The notes beneath the pieces are model-generated. The model was not told where the DNA came from and made no database searches. It saw only the letters and a program-made list of their open reading frames with translations. Both the position numbers and the translations under genes were made by a program. A DNA stretch of 64,000 bases from a virus (lineage: Duplodnaviria > Heunggongvirae > Uroviricota > Caudoviricetes), in the IMG/VR virus record IMGVR_UViG_3300022592_000245, positions 1 through 64,000 of that record. One strand, 5' to 3'. Of the stretch, positions 38,445 through 47,793 are shown one piece after another. Positions within the stretch are counted from its first letter, which is position 1, and every line of letters starts with the position of its first letter.

Positions 38445-40679
38445 ATGAGTATTATACAAGGCGTTATAGCAAGTATGGGGGCAAGTGCTCCCCCTCCTCC
38501 TCCTCCATACTACGGTTCAATCTTTACACTTGAACCCGCGGTGTCAGCATTTAGTGGACAAATAGGTTGGTGGTCTTGGGGCGGATCGATTACGGCGCCA
38601 TCAGTGGTATCATCTAATCCACCAACACGTGATGCTTACACTTATCCAGACGGTGAAGCTGAGTATGTATACACATTTAACGGTACTGACAACTGGATGA
38701 TTAGTCCACAGTTGACCACTACCGGTGCGTGGCCCGATGGTAACATTACCGTCGACATGTGGTTTTATCCAACGTCATACGGGATAACATTACTTGCCGA
38801 ACTAGGTCAAAATACTGGACCAAATGTCGGGTACGACTATAACATGCTGGAAATCGACAGTAGCGGATACCTATTAGCAACAGTATTTCCAAGTGGGCAT
38901 ATAACAAGTCCAAACACAGTGACGCTCAACGCTTGGAATCATGTTTACTTTTTCCACGATGTACAAAATAGCTTACGATTAGAACTCAACGGCAACCTTG
39001 ATGGTTCCCATGCTGTTAACGGTACAGCATCTAGCGGCTACACACCCCCAGGTCAACGATACTTTGGTATCGGTGGTGGAGGTAACGGCACCAACATGGG
39101 CAATGTATCATACTTCCAAGGCAAGATTGGTACTGTATACATTTATGATACTGTAGCACAGTCTTCATACAACGCAACTAAGATTAAACATGCAGTACCT
39201 GAGTTGTTGCTAAATCTTGATGCAAGTAATCCAGCGAGTTATGCGGCACAGTATACAGTAACAGTTAGTGCTGTTACAGACAGCGGAACTAAGATACATA
39301 TCCCTACAGCATTTAGTGCCAACATTGGTAATCAAGTTACAGTGGGATATCCGTTCACTACACAATGGGGCGGTTATCACGGTACAGTGACAAACATAAG
39401 CACAGGTACTGGCTCTTTTGGGGCAGAGTGGATATTTACAGTTGACACTAACGTAGCCATTGGGTTTGCCGGTGGAGACAATATGACATTTGGAAGTGCA
39501 TCAACAACTACTTGGTACAACCTAGTATCAGGCGGACACGATGCTACATTTGATTCAGCACCAGCGTTCTACAGCACTGGTGTTAAGTCCATTGACTTTG
39601 CTGGTTACAACTTTGCCACTTTGCCAGCCGACATATGGTTTAATCAAGATTTGACCATTGTATCATGGGTCAAGGTCCACAGCTACGCTAACTGGGAACG
39701 TATTATAGATTTTGGTAACGGAGCAGGGGTTAATACTGTACTGCTAGCCGCAAGCGCCGGTGTCAGCGGAAACCCGGCATTGAGAACCGAAGGCACTCAG
39801 TTTACAGCCACTAACTATCAACTACCAGTTAACACGTGGGTACAGGTAGCGGGTAGAGTCAAAGCTGATGGTGGAGGCACTATATTTGTCAATGGCGATC
39901 AGATGATGAATTATTCAGGCATGGCTATACCTGTAAATACAACAAGAAGCAACTGTTACATTGGTAAGAGCAACTGGCCTGATGCCTTACTGAATGGCGA
40001 GATGGGTGAGATACAAATCTATCATAGTGCCTTAAGTGATGCTGTTATTACAGCAAACTATAATAGCACCCGATCTAAATATCTTCCCTCTAGTCTCAGT
40101 TTCTCACCAAGTAGCACATCATACCTAGGAGTACAGAATACGCAAAGCGATTGGGCGTTAGGTACAACTTGGACTATTGAGTGGTGGAGCAAAGCAACTA
40201 CCGCATCAGGCCCGGGTACTATCTTTACTGTGATGGGTCAAAATTTTGATGGTAACGGCATTGACGTATATTACCAAAACGGAAACTTAATCATCAACAA
40301 CGGCACAACACTAACTGCCGAACCTACTCCTGGATCATGGACACACGTTGCTTTAGTCAGTAACGGAACACAAACAATAGCGTATCTAAACGGTGGCGCA
40401 CAGTATGTCGGCGGTGCTTGGAATCTCAATAACTCTAGTAATGATCTAGTGATTGGAAAACGTGGGCCTGGAAACTTCCAGTACTTTAACGGCAACTTGG
40501 CTAACATTAGAATCAGTACTACAGCCAAATACACCGATACATTTACGCCATCTAAAACTTATGGTGTTGAATCAGATACTAAGTTGTTCTTAGGCGGTAC
40601 TACACCTCTAGTTGACGGTACTGGCAATCATCCTATAGACAATCAAGGCGCAGTGGTTAGTACGGACTTTCCAACTTAA
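38445..40679 (+). CDS. structural protein with a poly-Pro N-terminus and three concanavalin-A-like/LamG-like jelly-roll domains
   Basis: SAPPPPPPYYG. Three recurring blocks (NAWNHVYFFHD…LNGNLDG…GKIGTVYIYD; NTWVQVAGRVKADGGGTIFVNGD…GEIQIYHSAL; GSWTHVALVSNGTQTIAYLNGG…GNLANIRIS). Confidence 0.55.
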   Translation: MSIIQGVIASMGASAPPPPPPYYGSIFTLEPAVSAFSGQIGWWSWGGSITAPSVVSSNPPTRDAYTYPDGEAEYVYTFNGTDNWMISPQLTTTGAWPDGNITVDMWFYPTSYGITLLAELGQNTGPNVGYDYNMLEIDSSGYLLATVFPSGHITSPNTVTLNAWNHVYFFHDVQNSLRLELNGNLDGSHAVNGTASSGYTPPGQRYFGIGGGGNGTNMGNVSYFQGKIGTVYIYDTVAQSSYNATKIKHAVPELLLNLDASNPASYAAQYTVTVSAVTDSGTKIHIPTAFSANIGNQVTVGYPFTTQWGGYHGTVTNISTGTGSFGAEWIFTVDTNVAIGFAGGDNMTFGSASTTTWYNLVSGGHDATFDSAPAFYSTGVKSIDFAGYNFATLPADIWFNQDLTIVSWVKVHSYANWERIIDFGNGAGVNTVLLAASAGVSGNPALRTEGTQFTATNYQLPVNTWVQVAGRVKADGGGTIFVNGDQMMNYSGMAIPVNTTRSNCYIGKSNWPDALLNGEMGEIQIYHSALSDAVITANYNSTRSKYLPSSLSFSPSSTSYLGVQNTQSDWALGTTWTIEWWSKATTASGPGTIFTVMGQNFDGNGIDVYYQNGNLIINNGTTLTAEPTPGSWTHVALVSNGTQTIAYLNGGAQYVGGAWNLNNSSNDLVIGKRGPGNFQYFNGNLANIRISTTAKYTDTFTPSKTYGVESDTKLFLGGTTPLVDGTGNHPIDNQGAVVSTDFPT

Positions 40680-40696
40680 AACAACAAGGAGCGACA

Positions 40697-41446
40697 ATGC
40701 CACAAAATAACTATCAATGGAAAAGAGATAAAGCAGATCCGCGTGATCATGCTTTTGCTCCAAGACTAACAACATTACCTACAAGTGTAGACTTACGTGC
40801 TAACTGTTCAGCTATCGAAGACCAAGGTAACTTAGGTTCATGTACTGGCAATGCCATTGCTGGTATTGTAGAATATCTATGCCGCAAAGCAAAACGATCT
40901 ACTGATGTCAGCAGACTCTTTATCTATTATCAAGAACGTGTATTAGAAGGAACTGTTAACTATGATAACGGTGCTTACATCCGCGATGGTATTAAAGCTG
41001 TAAACAAGATTGGTGTGCCTACTGAAACATTATGGCCATACACTATTAATAGATTTGCCTATCGCCCTAGTCAAGCTGCATACATTAATGCTGCTACACG
41101 CAAGGCAGTTGGTTATCAAAAGTGTGCTAACTTTGCCGCAGTTAAAGCTGCCTTGGCACAAGGTTATCCCGTTGTAGTCGGGTTCGATGTGTATGAAAGT
41201 TTTGAATCAGATGCAGTTGCAGCTACTGGTCAAATGCCTTATCCTAACAAAGCAACTGAACAACTACTAGGCGGTCATGCCGTAGCACTAGTCGGTTATA
41301 ATGACTCTACTGGTAAGTTCATTGCCCGTAACTCGTGGGGTACAAGCTGGGGCGATCATGGCTACTTCTACATGCCATACCAGGTAATCCAAGACACCTC
41401 AATGAGCGATGACTTCTGGATCATTACAAGTATTACTAACCCCTAA
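40697..41446 (+). CDS. papain-family (C1) cysteine peptidase
   Basis: DQGNLGSCTGNAIAG (catalytic Cys context QGxCGSCWAF-like), GGHAVALVGYND (His), NSWGTSWGDHGYFYMPY (Asn/Trp block). Confidence 0.75.
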   Translation: MPQNNYQWKRDKADPRDHAFAPRLTTLPTSVDLRANCSAIEDQGNLGSCTGNAIAGIVEYLCRKAKRSTDVSRLFIYYQERVLEGTVNYDNGAYIRDGIKAVNKIGVPTETLWPYTINRFAYRPSQAAYINAATRKAVGYQKCANFAAVKAALAQGYPVVVGFDVYESFESDAVAATGQMPYPNKATEQLLGGHAVALVGYNDSTGKFIARNSWGTSWGDHGYFYMPYQVIQDTSMSDDFWIITSITNP

Positions 41447-42029
41447 TACCCTGTTCTTTTAGTTTAACACAAGTATCACACTTTTTGCAAGGTGTGATAT
41501 TTTTTTCTGTGTAGGTAGGATGTCTACATGACCAAAACTTATCTCGTAAGCTAGTTGGCAAGCTGTCATATATTTCACGTTTGTTTAGATTGAGCACAGG
41601 ATAGATTTTCTCCACTGGCGTAAACGCCTGGAGTATTTTATTAGCACGAACACGGCGTTCTTCCAGTGCATGGTTCCCATCATTGGCCTGCATACCCATT
41701 GCCACTTTTACAATGTTGGGATTAGCAAAGCACACATATCCAGCAAAGAAGTTCATAGTGTCTGAATCAAACATGTATTGTTTATTGTAAACAACTGTGC
41801 CTATTTCGCTTTCACTGTATTCAAACTCGAACTTGAGTTCCTTTAGTTCTTTAAGAGCAATATCTACAGCCAGTGCTTCTGCTCGGTGTCTATTTTCAAT
41901 ATTCTTGTTATGAACATGATGTATGTGAATACGATAGTCCTTGTATTCAGGATCTGTTAATAGTTTGTAAACCATACCCAGGCTATCTAGGCCGCCTGAG
42001 TACATGGCTAGGATTGTTTTTTGTTCCAT
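41436..42029 (-). CDS. queC: QueC-like PP-loop ATPase (7-cyano-7-deazaguanine synthase family)
   Basis: N-terminal SGGxDS PP-loop (AMYSGGLDSLGM). C-terminal Cys cluster CRHPT…CKKCDTC, as in QueC zinc sites. Confidence 0.65.
   Translation of the reverse strand: MEQKTILAMYSGGLDSLGMVYKLLTDPEYKDYRIHIHHVHNKNIENRHRAEALAVDIALKELKELKFEFEYSESEIGTVVYNKQYMFDSDTMNFFAGYVCFANPNIVKVAMGMQANDGNHALEERRVRANKILQAFTPVEKIYPVLNLNKREIYDSLPTSLRDKFWSCRHPTYTEKNITPCKKCDTCVKLKEQGIRG
41474..41507 (+). terminator. rho-independent terminator (TATCACAC-loop-GTGTGATA followed by T7), embedded in the 3' coding region of the convergent queC-like gene
   Basis: Inverted repeat plus T-run immediately after the peptidase stop. 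Confidence 0.5.
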
Positions 42030-42466
42030 ATATAAAATGTATAAACCTCGTTAATGGGATGTTCTTCTGGTTGTGGTGTTAGTTCGTGTGCTTTTGGAAA
42101 GTAACAGGCATATTTTGTGGGCCAATTAGGATTAAGAAATGCACGAGCTATAAATCTGTTACAGTTTGCCAATACAATGGGCAACAATCGATGGGTAAAC
42201 TCCATGCCAAATGCCAATGCTCCATCAACTATAATTGTGTCCCAATGCGTATCTAAGTTGAACCAGTCTTTGTTCTTAATCTTAGGATCTGCGTATTTGG
42301 GCTCTAAATCCCATGCTTCAGTTGCAAGTGGTAGCAACAGCCGAGTACTGCCTAGTAACAATACACGCCCGGTACAATAGCTTTCAAATACCGAATAATC
42401 AGCATCATCGGGTGCTGCTGGCCATTTCAAGCTAGTCCAGTATTCTTTATCTGCGTATATATCCAT
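42008..42466 (-). CDS. hypothetical protein, co-oriented with and overlapping the queC-like start
   Basis: 152-aa ORF. Weak resemblance to a methyltransferase motif I (VLLLGSTR) only. Confidence 0.35.
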   Translation of the reverse strand: MDIYADKEYWTSLKWPAAPDDADYSVFESYCTGRVLLLGSTRLLLPLATEAWDLEPKYADPKIKNKDWFNLDTHWDTIIVDGALAFGMEFTHRLLPIVLANCNRFIARAFLNPNWPTKYACYFPKAHELTPQPEEHPINEVYTFYIWNKKQS

Positions 42467-42516
42467 GTGATATTTATTACTTGCAAACTAGCTAAATATA
42501 CTAAAGAGAGCGTATT

Positions 42517-43119
42517 ATGACTATACAAACAATTAATTTAGGTAGCTATGCAAACGACGGTACCGGCGACGACTTGCGTACCGCGTTTACTAAAGTAAAT
42601 GCTAATTTTGCACTATTGCAAGCTGATGTAACCGGTGCTGTTAATCTAGGCACAGGTGCTGGCATTTTTGCTGATAAAAATTCTACAAACTTAGAATTCA
42701 AATCAATAACAAGTATAGACGGCAGCATTGCTGTAACAGAAAGTTCCGAAACTATTGATCTTGCAGCAACACCTAGCATTGTGTATGACACTAATCCACA
42801 ATTAGGTGGCGACTTAGATTTACAAGAACATCGAATTTATAACGGTGATGCACAAACAACTGTTTACGGATTTGACATTCCGATGGTTACTGCATTAGTT
42901 CAACTATTAGTAGAATCAAATCAAATCAATTTAGATTTTAATGGTGGACAAGAAGATATCAGTGGATTTAGTCTTACAACCGGAGATTTTATGAATGGTG
43001 ATCCGAGAGCTGCTAATAAGGATCCGTCAAACGCTAATTTAGATTTTAACGGTACAGGAAACATTAACTTTTTAGATTCAGCTTCAACAAAATTAGATAT
43101 TGATTTTGGCACATTTTAA
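42517..43119 (+). CDS. fibre-associated protein sharing the conserved N-terminal anchor domain
   Basis: MTIQTINLGSYANDGTGDDLRTAFTKVNANFALLQ. Confidence 0.55.
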   Translation: MTIQTINLGSYANDGTGDDLRTAFTKVNANFALLQADVTGAVNLGTGAGIFADKNSTNLEFKSITSIDGSIAVTESSETIDLAATPSIVYDTNPQLGGDLDLQEHRIYNGDAQTTVYGFDIPMVTALVQLLVESNQINLDFNGGQEDISGFSLTTGDFMNGDPRAANKDPSNANLDFNGTGNINFLDSASTKLDIDFGTF

Positions 43120-43131
43120 CAGAGAGTAGTA

Positions 43132-45504
43132 ATGGCGCTTAATGTTTGGACTCAACGCTCGGGGTACTCGTTTGGTTCGTTTCAAGAACGAACAATGTTC
43201 AACGAGCAACTACCTGTAACTAATGATAACGGAGTTACATATTCTATAATTTCAGGACATCTTCCTAACGGTTTAAGAATTAGCGATAATAATATTATTG
43301 GCACACCGTACGAAGTGCCTCGCAATACTACATTTACATTTTGTGTAAGAGCATCCCTAAACGGATCTATCTCAGACAGAACATTTACAATAGAAATTAT
43401 AAATGCAGACGGACCAGAATTTGTGACTTCTGCTGGGGAATTACCAATAGGTCCGTCTGAGCAATTATTTACATTAGACAGTACATATATCGATTTTCAA
43501 ATTGAAGTTACAGATTTAAATCTTAGTGCTACTCAACATTTAAGTTTTTTTATTTCCAAAGATGACGGCGAACTACCTCCGGGACTAGTGCTTACAACAG
43601 ACGGAAGAATTGTAGGATTTGTTCAACCTGCGTTAAGTATTAAACCAAGTGACGGGTCAGGAACATATGACGAAAGTATTTACGATGCCGTTGCATACGA
43701 CTTTGCGTTTAGACCCACAAACGGTTATGATAGTTATATTTACGATACAGTATTTTTTGATTACAATATTCCCTCAAACCCACCAAAAAAATTAAACCGT
43801 AACTACGAATTTAATGTAAGTGTTAGCGATGGAGATGTTGTTGTAAAAAGAAAATTTGATATATTTGTAGTAGGTGACGATTATTTCCGTGCCGACAATA
43901 CATACCTATCTGGAGTATTTACTGCTGACGTTACATACTTAAGAAAGCCGATATGGCTTACTGCCAGCTACCTAGGAACTTTTAGAGCTAATAACTATAT
44001 CACGATTCCAATTCAGACGTACGATACTGATAATATTATAAACTCCTTAGATTCATTAAATCCAGATCACACAGCAAGTGAATTGCCTCCAGGTATGGCA
44101 TTTGACGAAGAGACTTCGGAAATTTACGGGTTTGTTCCTTATCAACCTGCAATTACTAAAACATATAAGTTTACAATTACATCAACTAGATTTAGTGATA
44201 AATTAGAAACTGCATCGTCATCTCGCACATTTACTATTAATGTAATTGGAGAAATTGACAGTATTATCACATGGAGTACAGGTGCATATTTAGGAGGAAT
44301 TAATGCCAACTTTGTATCTACACTGAGCGTTAAAGCAGTTAGTTCTGTACCAGGTGCAACTGTATTATACTCACTAACTAGCGGATTATTACCTCCAGGA
44401 TTAAGTTTAGACCTCGACGGAGAAATTGTAGGCAAAGTTAATCAGTTTAGCGATTCAACACATTTTGGGTTAACAAGATTTTATGATACCGTTAACGGTG
44501 ATAAAATCATTACAACGTTTGACGGAAACACTACTACCATTGATAGAGTATATACCTTTACTGTAGAAGCTAGAGATCAGTACGGCATTAGTGCCATAAC
44601 TAGAGCATTTACTATTACAGTAGATACACCAAATACCATTACTTATAGTAATATTCGTGTAAAACCGTTCCTTAAAAACACCATCGATGCGTGGGCAACT
44701 GATAGTAAATCGCAACGAGATAGATTTAAAGAATTTATTAACGATACAAATATTTTTACACCAAGCAGTGTTTACCGTACAAACGATGCTAATTTTGGTT
44801 TGCAAACAGATTTATCTATGATTATCTACGCAGGAATAGAAACCACAGTTGCTGCCGCATATGTCGGCGCAATTGGATTAAATCATAAAAGAAAACGTTT
44901 CCAATTTGGCTCAATTAAAAAAGCAACTGCATACGTACCGGGAACAAAAAATGAAGTATACGAAGTTGTATACTTAGAAATGATTGACCCCTTAGAACCA
45001 AAAGGTAAGCGTTTACCAAATGTTATTAAACATTTAGGAACCGAAAATGTTAACCTTACAGTTGATAGCAATAACGCTTTTTGGAGTACAGCAATTAACG
45101 ATATGACTGTTGATAGCCAGTATTCATCAAGACCCGATCCTATTGTAACTGTTGACAGTCAGGGTTATTTTGCATCTAATCCTAATCCTAATACATATTT
45201 TCCTAGCAGCGTTACTAACTGGCAGGAAAGAATTAGTAGCATAGGCGCTACTGAAAGAAATTACCTTCCTCTTTGGATGCGTACTATACAACCAGGATCA
45301 AAATCCGAACTAGGATTCCAATTAGCTGTTCCGCTATGCTATTGCAAGGCCGGAACTGCCGACGACATTATTTTGAACATTAAGCATAGCGGGTTTGATT
45401 TTTCATTAATTGACTACACCGTTGACCGATACATAATTGATGCAGTCGAAGGTGCTACCGCTGATAAATATCTCGTATTTAGAAACGACAGGATTACAAT
45501 ATGA
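43132..45504 (+). CDS. structural protein with four or more Ig-like/dystroglycan-cadherin-like (LPPGL) repeats
   Basis: ISGHLPNGLRISDNNIIGTPYEV, ELPPGLVLTTDGRIVGFV, SELPPGMAFDEETSEIYGFVPY, SGLLPPGLSLDLDGEIVGKV. Confidence 0.55.
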   Translation: MALNVWTQRSGYSFGSFQERTMFNEQLPVTNDNGVTYSIISGHLPNGLRISDNNIIGTPYEVPRNTTFTFCVRASLNGSISDRTFTIEIINADGPEFVTSAGELPIGPSEQLFTLDSTYIDFQIEVTDLNLSATQHLSFFISKDDGELPPGLVLTTDGRIVGFVQPALSIKPSDGSGTYDESIYDAVAYDFAFRPTNGYDSYIYDTVFFDYNIPSNPPKKLNRNYEFNVSVSDGDVVVKRKFDIFVVGDDYFRADNTYLSGVFTADVTYLRKPIWLTASYLGTFRANNYITIPIQTYDTDNIINSLDSLNPDHTASELPPGMAFDEETSEIYGFVPYQPAITKTYKFTITSTRFSDKLETASSSRTFTINVIGEIDSIITWSTGAYLGGINANFVSTLSVKAVSSVPGATVLYSLTSGLLPPGLSLDLDGEIVGKVNQFSDSTHFGLTRFYDTVNGDKIITTFDGNTTTIDRVYTFTVEARDQYGISAITRAFTITVDTPNTITYSNIRVKPFLKNTIDAWATDSKSQRDRFKEFINDTNIFTPSSVYRTNDANFGLQTDLSMIIYAGIETTVAAAYVGAIGLNHKRKRFQFGSIKKATAYVPGTKNEVYEVVYLEMIDPLEPKGKRLPNVIKHLGTENVNLTVDSNNAFWSTAINDMTVDSQYSSRPDPIVTVDSQGYFASNPNPNTYFPSSVTNWQERISSIGATERNYLPLWMRTIQPGSKSELGFQLAVPLCYCKAGTADDIILNIKHSGFDFSLIDYTVDRYIIDAVEGATADKYLVFRNDRITI

Positions 45505-46070
45505 CCAGTAATATAAATTTCTCTGCTATTGACGAACAATACCCAATTGCTGGAAAAGACAACGATAGCCAAGGTTTCCGTGATAACTTTGGAATCATTA
45601 AAACAGCTCTAGGAGCAGCTAAATCGGAAATTACCGAATTACAATCTAATTCCTTATTAACGCAAAATTTAGTAAACGGTGATCCGGTTAATAACGACCT
45701 AAATGGCAGTTCAATTAATAACGGTTATTACAATAACTTCCACGGTGTATCTTATATTGCAACTGTTAACGGAACTGCGAGTATAAATGTAAGTACAGCT
45801 AGTATCTTTGTTTATACCCTTACTGGTAACACCACATTTACATTTACAGGTTGGCCTGCAAATACCTACTACTGTAAAGTAAAAGTTCACTTTGTAAGTA
45901 GCGATAGTACATCACACACTGCATCGCTATATTCCGCAGGCGGTGGAACTGTTCGTTTAGATGGACAATTTACTGGTTCAATACCAGGAAATGGAAAGCA
46001 CCAAATTATAGAAGCATGGTCATACAACGATGGTGCTACTGTATTTGTTAATTTTTTAGGTAGCTATTAA
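45501..46070 (+). CDS. hypothetical structural protein
   Basis: ORF with ATGA overlap. Thr/Ser/Asn/Gly-rich. Confidence 0.4.
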   Translation: MTSNINFSAIDEQYPIAGKDNDSQGFRDNFGIIKTALGAAKSEITELQSNSLLTQNLVNGDPVNNDLNGSSINNGYYNNFHGVSYIATVNGTASINVSTASIFVYTLTGNTTFTFTGWPANTYYCKVKVHFVSSDSTSHTASLYSAGGGTVRLDGQFTGSIPGNGKHQIIEAWSYNDGATVFVNFLGSY

Positions 46071-46300
46071 TGCACCCGTTAATTAATGATTTGACTTCGC
46101 TTAAAGACGGCGAACTAGAAAATAAAATTAGTGAACTAACTCGTAAGTATTTTTCTACTCATAATTTTGAACTACAGCAGCAAATTTCTATGGTTATCGA
46201 TACCTATAAAGAAGAATTGAGCAAACGTAGACAAGCTGAATACGAAAAATTGATGCAATCTCGCAATAAAGATCTTGACAAACTAATTAACGTCAACTAA
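46070..46300 (+). CDS. small coiled-coil protein
   Basis: 76-aa helical K/E-rich ORF. Confidence 0.35.
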   Translation: MHPLINDLTSLKDGELENKISELTRKYFSTHNFELQQQISMVIDTYKEELSKRRQAEYEKLMQSRNKDLDKLINVN

Positions 46301-46310
46301 ACTATAGGCT

Positions 46311-46805
46311 ATGCGCCTAGATCAATTTAGCAATCCCGTCTTTAACGAACAAGATATTTTTGAAGCCTTGTACAAAGGACATAACATCTCTGGCGAAATG
46401 TTTGTTGACAAAACTACATCAACTAAATCTCTCGAAAAAACAGCTGGGTTCAATTTCTGGTTACCGTTAGATAACTATGACTTATCCCTAAGTGACTACG
46501 ATGCCGCAATGCAAGCTGATTGGAACATGCCCGACGGCTATAAAAATATGGATATCGAGGAATGGCTTTATAGTCAAGGCGGTAATAATGTAAGAGTTCG
46601 TGAAGAATTAGACGCATTTAAAGAACGAAATATGCTAGACTTGCTACGTTGGCTTAAATATTTCGTAGATACTTGCGAAAAAGAAGGAATTGTATGGGGT
46701 GTAGGGCGCGGGTCAAGTGTAGCTAGCTATGTACTTTACTTGTTAGGCGTTCACAGCATAGATCCTATCAAATATAATTTAGACTGGCAGGAATTCCTGA
46801 GATAA
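46311..46805 (+). CDS. DnaE (Pol III alpha)-like fragment: a 164-aa ORF whose C-terminus matches the conserved palm-entry block of DnaE
   Basis: …FVDTCEKEGIVWGVGRGSSVASYVLYLLGVHSIDPIKYNLDWQEFLR* versus E. coli DnaE …[50 protein letters not shown]. Confidence 0.4.
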   Translation: MRLDQFSNPVFNEQDIFEALYKGHNISGEMFVDKTTSTKSLEKTAGFNFWLPLDNYDLSLSDYDAAMQADWNMPDGYKNMDIEEWLYSQGGNNVRVREELDAFKERNMLDLLRWLKYFVDTCEKEGIVWGVGRGSSVASYVLYLLGVHSIDPIKYNLDWQEFLR

Positions 46806-46831
46806 GTACTATTATAATCGAGGAGATTAAT

Positions 46832-47092
46832 ATGGCAATGAAAGAACAACAAAGACAAGTTTACCGCAGTATGCAGGGTAAAGAAGTAGATATGCATAAA
46901 CTTGTTATGCAAAACGAAATGACTGTTGCAGTGGGCAACGTAAAAGTTAATGCTCGCGGAGACGAACTAGGCCCAGGCGGACAAATTATCCGTAAGCGCG
47001 AAGAAGTTTTAGCTGCGGCTACTAATGCAGTACCTGCACAAAACAGTCAACGCAAAAACATCGACAATATGGACCCAGAAGGTAACGAATGA
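46832..47092 (+). CDS. hypothetical protein
   Basis: 86-aa ORF with a strong RBS (GAGGAG) upstream. Confidence 0.4.
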   Translation: MAMKEQQRQVYRSMQGKEVDMHKLVMQNEMTVAVGNVKVNARGDELGPGGQIIRKREEVLAAATNAVPAQNSQRKNIDNMDPEGNE

Positions 47093-47487
47093 GAGCACAA
47101 GCAAGTAAACTAAGGCCAATTCAATCTCATATCTTAGTTAGAGATATGAACTTTGCTGATCAACGAACGGCTAGTGGAATATATATCCCTAGCGATGACG
47201 GTAAGTCAGAGGGTGTTAAACCTCGTTGGGCTAGAGTATTTGCAATAGGTCCAGATCAAACCGAAGTTAAAGTCGGTGAATGGATCCTAGTAGAGCATGG
47301 TCGCTGGACACGAGGTTTAGAAGTAGAAGAAGACGACGGAACTAAGTTTACTATCTGGAGAGTTGATCCAAATGGCATCATGATGTCAGCAGATGAACGC
47401 CCAGCTGGTCCGGAGTTTGGACAATTTGTAAGTCCAGAACACGGTTCCGTTCATAACCCACAAGACTTTATTCAACCTAGACTGTAA
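47089..47487 (+). CDS. GroES/cpn10-like co-chaperonin
   Basis: LRPIQSHILVRDMNFADQRTASGIYIPS…VFAIGPD…VKVGEWILVE matches the cpn10 pattern (RPL.DRVLVK…T.sGI.lP…VvAvG.G…VkvGD.V). Confidence 0.55.
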   Translation: MRAQASKLRPIQSHILVRDMNFADQRTASGIYIPSDDGKSEGVKPRWARVFAIGPDQTEVKVGEWILVEHGRWTRGLEVEEDDGTKFTIWRVDPNGIMMSADERPAGPEFGQFVSPEHGSVHNPQDFIQPRL

Positions 47488-47495
47488 TTAGTCAT

Positions 47496-47545
47496 TTGAG
47501 TATCAGGGCACTTGACATGCCCTGTTCTCTCCTTTATACTACACA
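47496..47545 (+). promoter_or_regulatory. hairpin (CAGGGCA-cttgaca-TGCCCTG) with a T-rich tail. The loop is the -35 TTGACA of a TTGACA-17-TATACT promoter, so the element is a combined terminator and promoter
   Basis: Inverted repeat at 47502-47524. TTGACA at 47509-47514, 17-nt spacer, TATACT. AAGGAG RBS before ATG 47560. Confidence 0.45.
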
Positions 47546-47559
47546 AAAGGAGAAATCTT

Positions 47560-47793
47560 ATGAGCACATTTACAGAAGCAGTAGAAGATATTAAAAAAGC
47601 AAAAAGCGTTTTAGAAACACAGCCAACCGAAGTTGCTAAACATCCAGATCCAAAAAAACATCTATATATTAGCCTTGCTAAGAGCTTTATTAGAATTGTA
47701 GCAGGTGTTACGCTTGTAGTAGGATTTCCCGTATGGTGTGGTGTCGGACTTATCGCTGCCGAAGTACTTGGCATTTTTGAGGAACTAGTATGA
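47560..47793 (+). CDS. small membrane protein (77 aa)
   Basis: The track ORF 47512 start lies within the promoter. ATG 47560 has an AAGGAG RBS. TM helix IVAGVTLVVGFPVWCGVGLIAAEVLGIF. Confidence 0.45.
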   Translation: MSTFTEAVEDIKKAKSVLETQPTEVAKHPDPKKHLYISLAKSFIRIVAGVTLVVGFPVWCGVGLIAAEVLGIFEELV

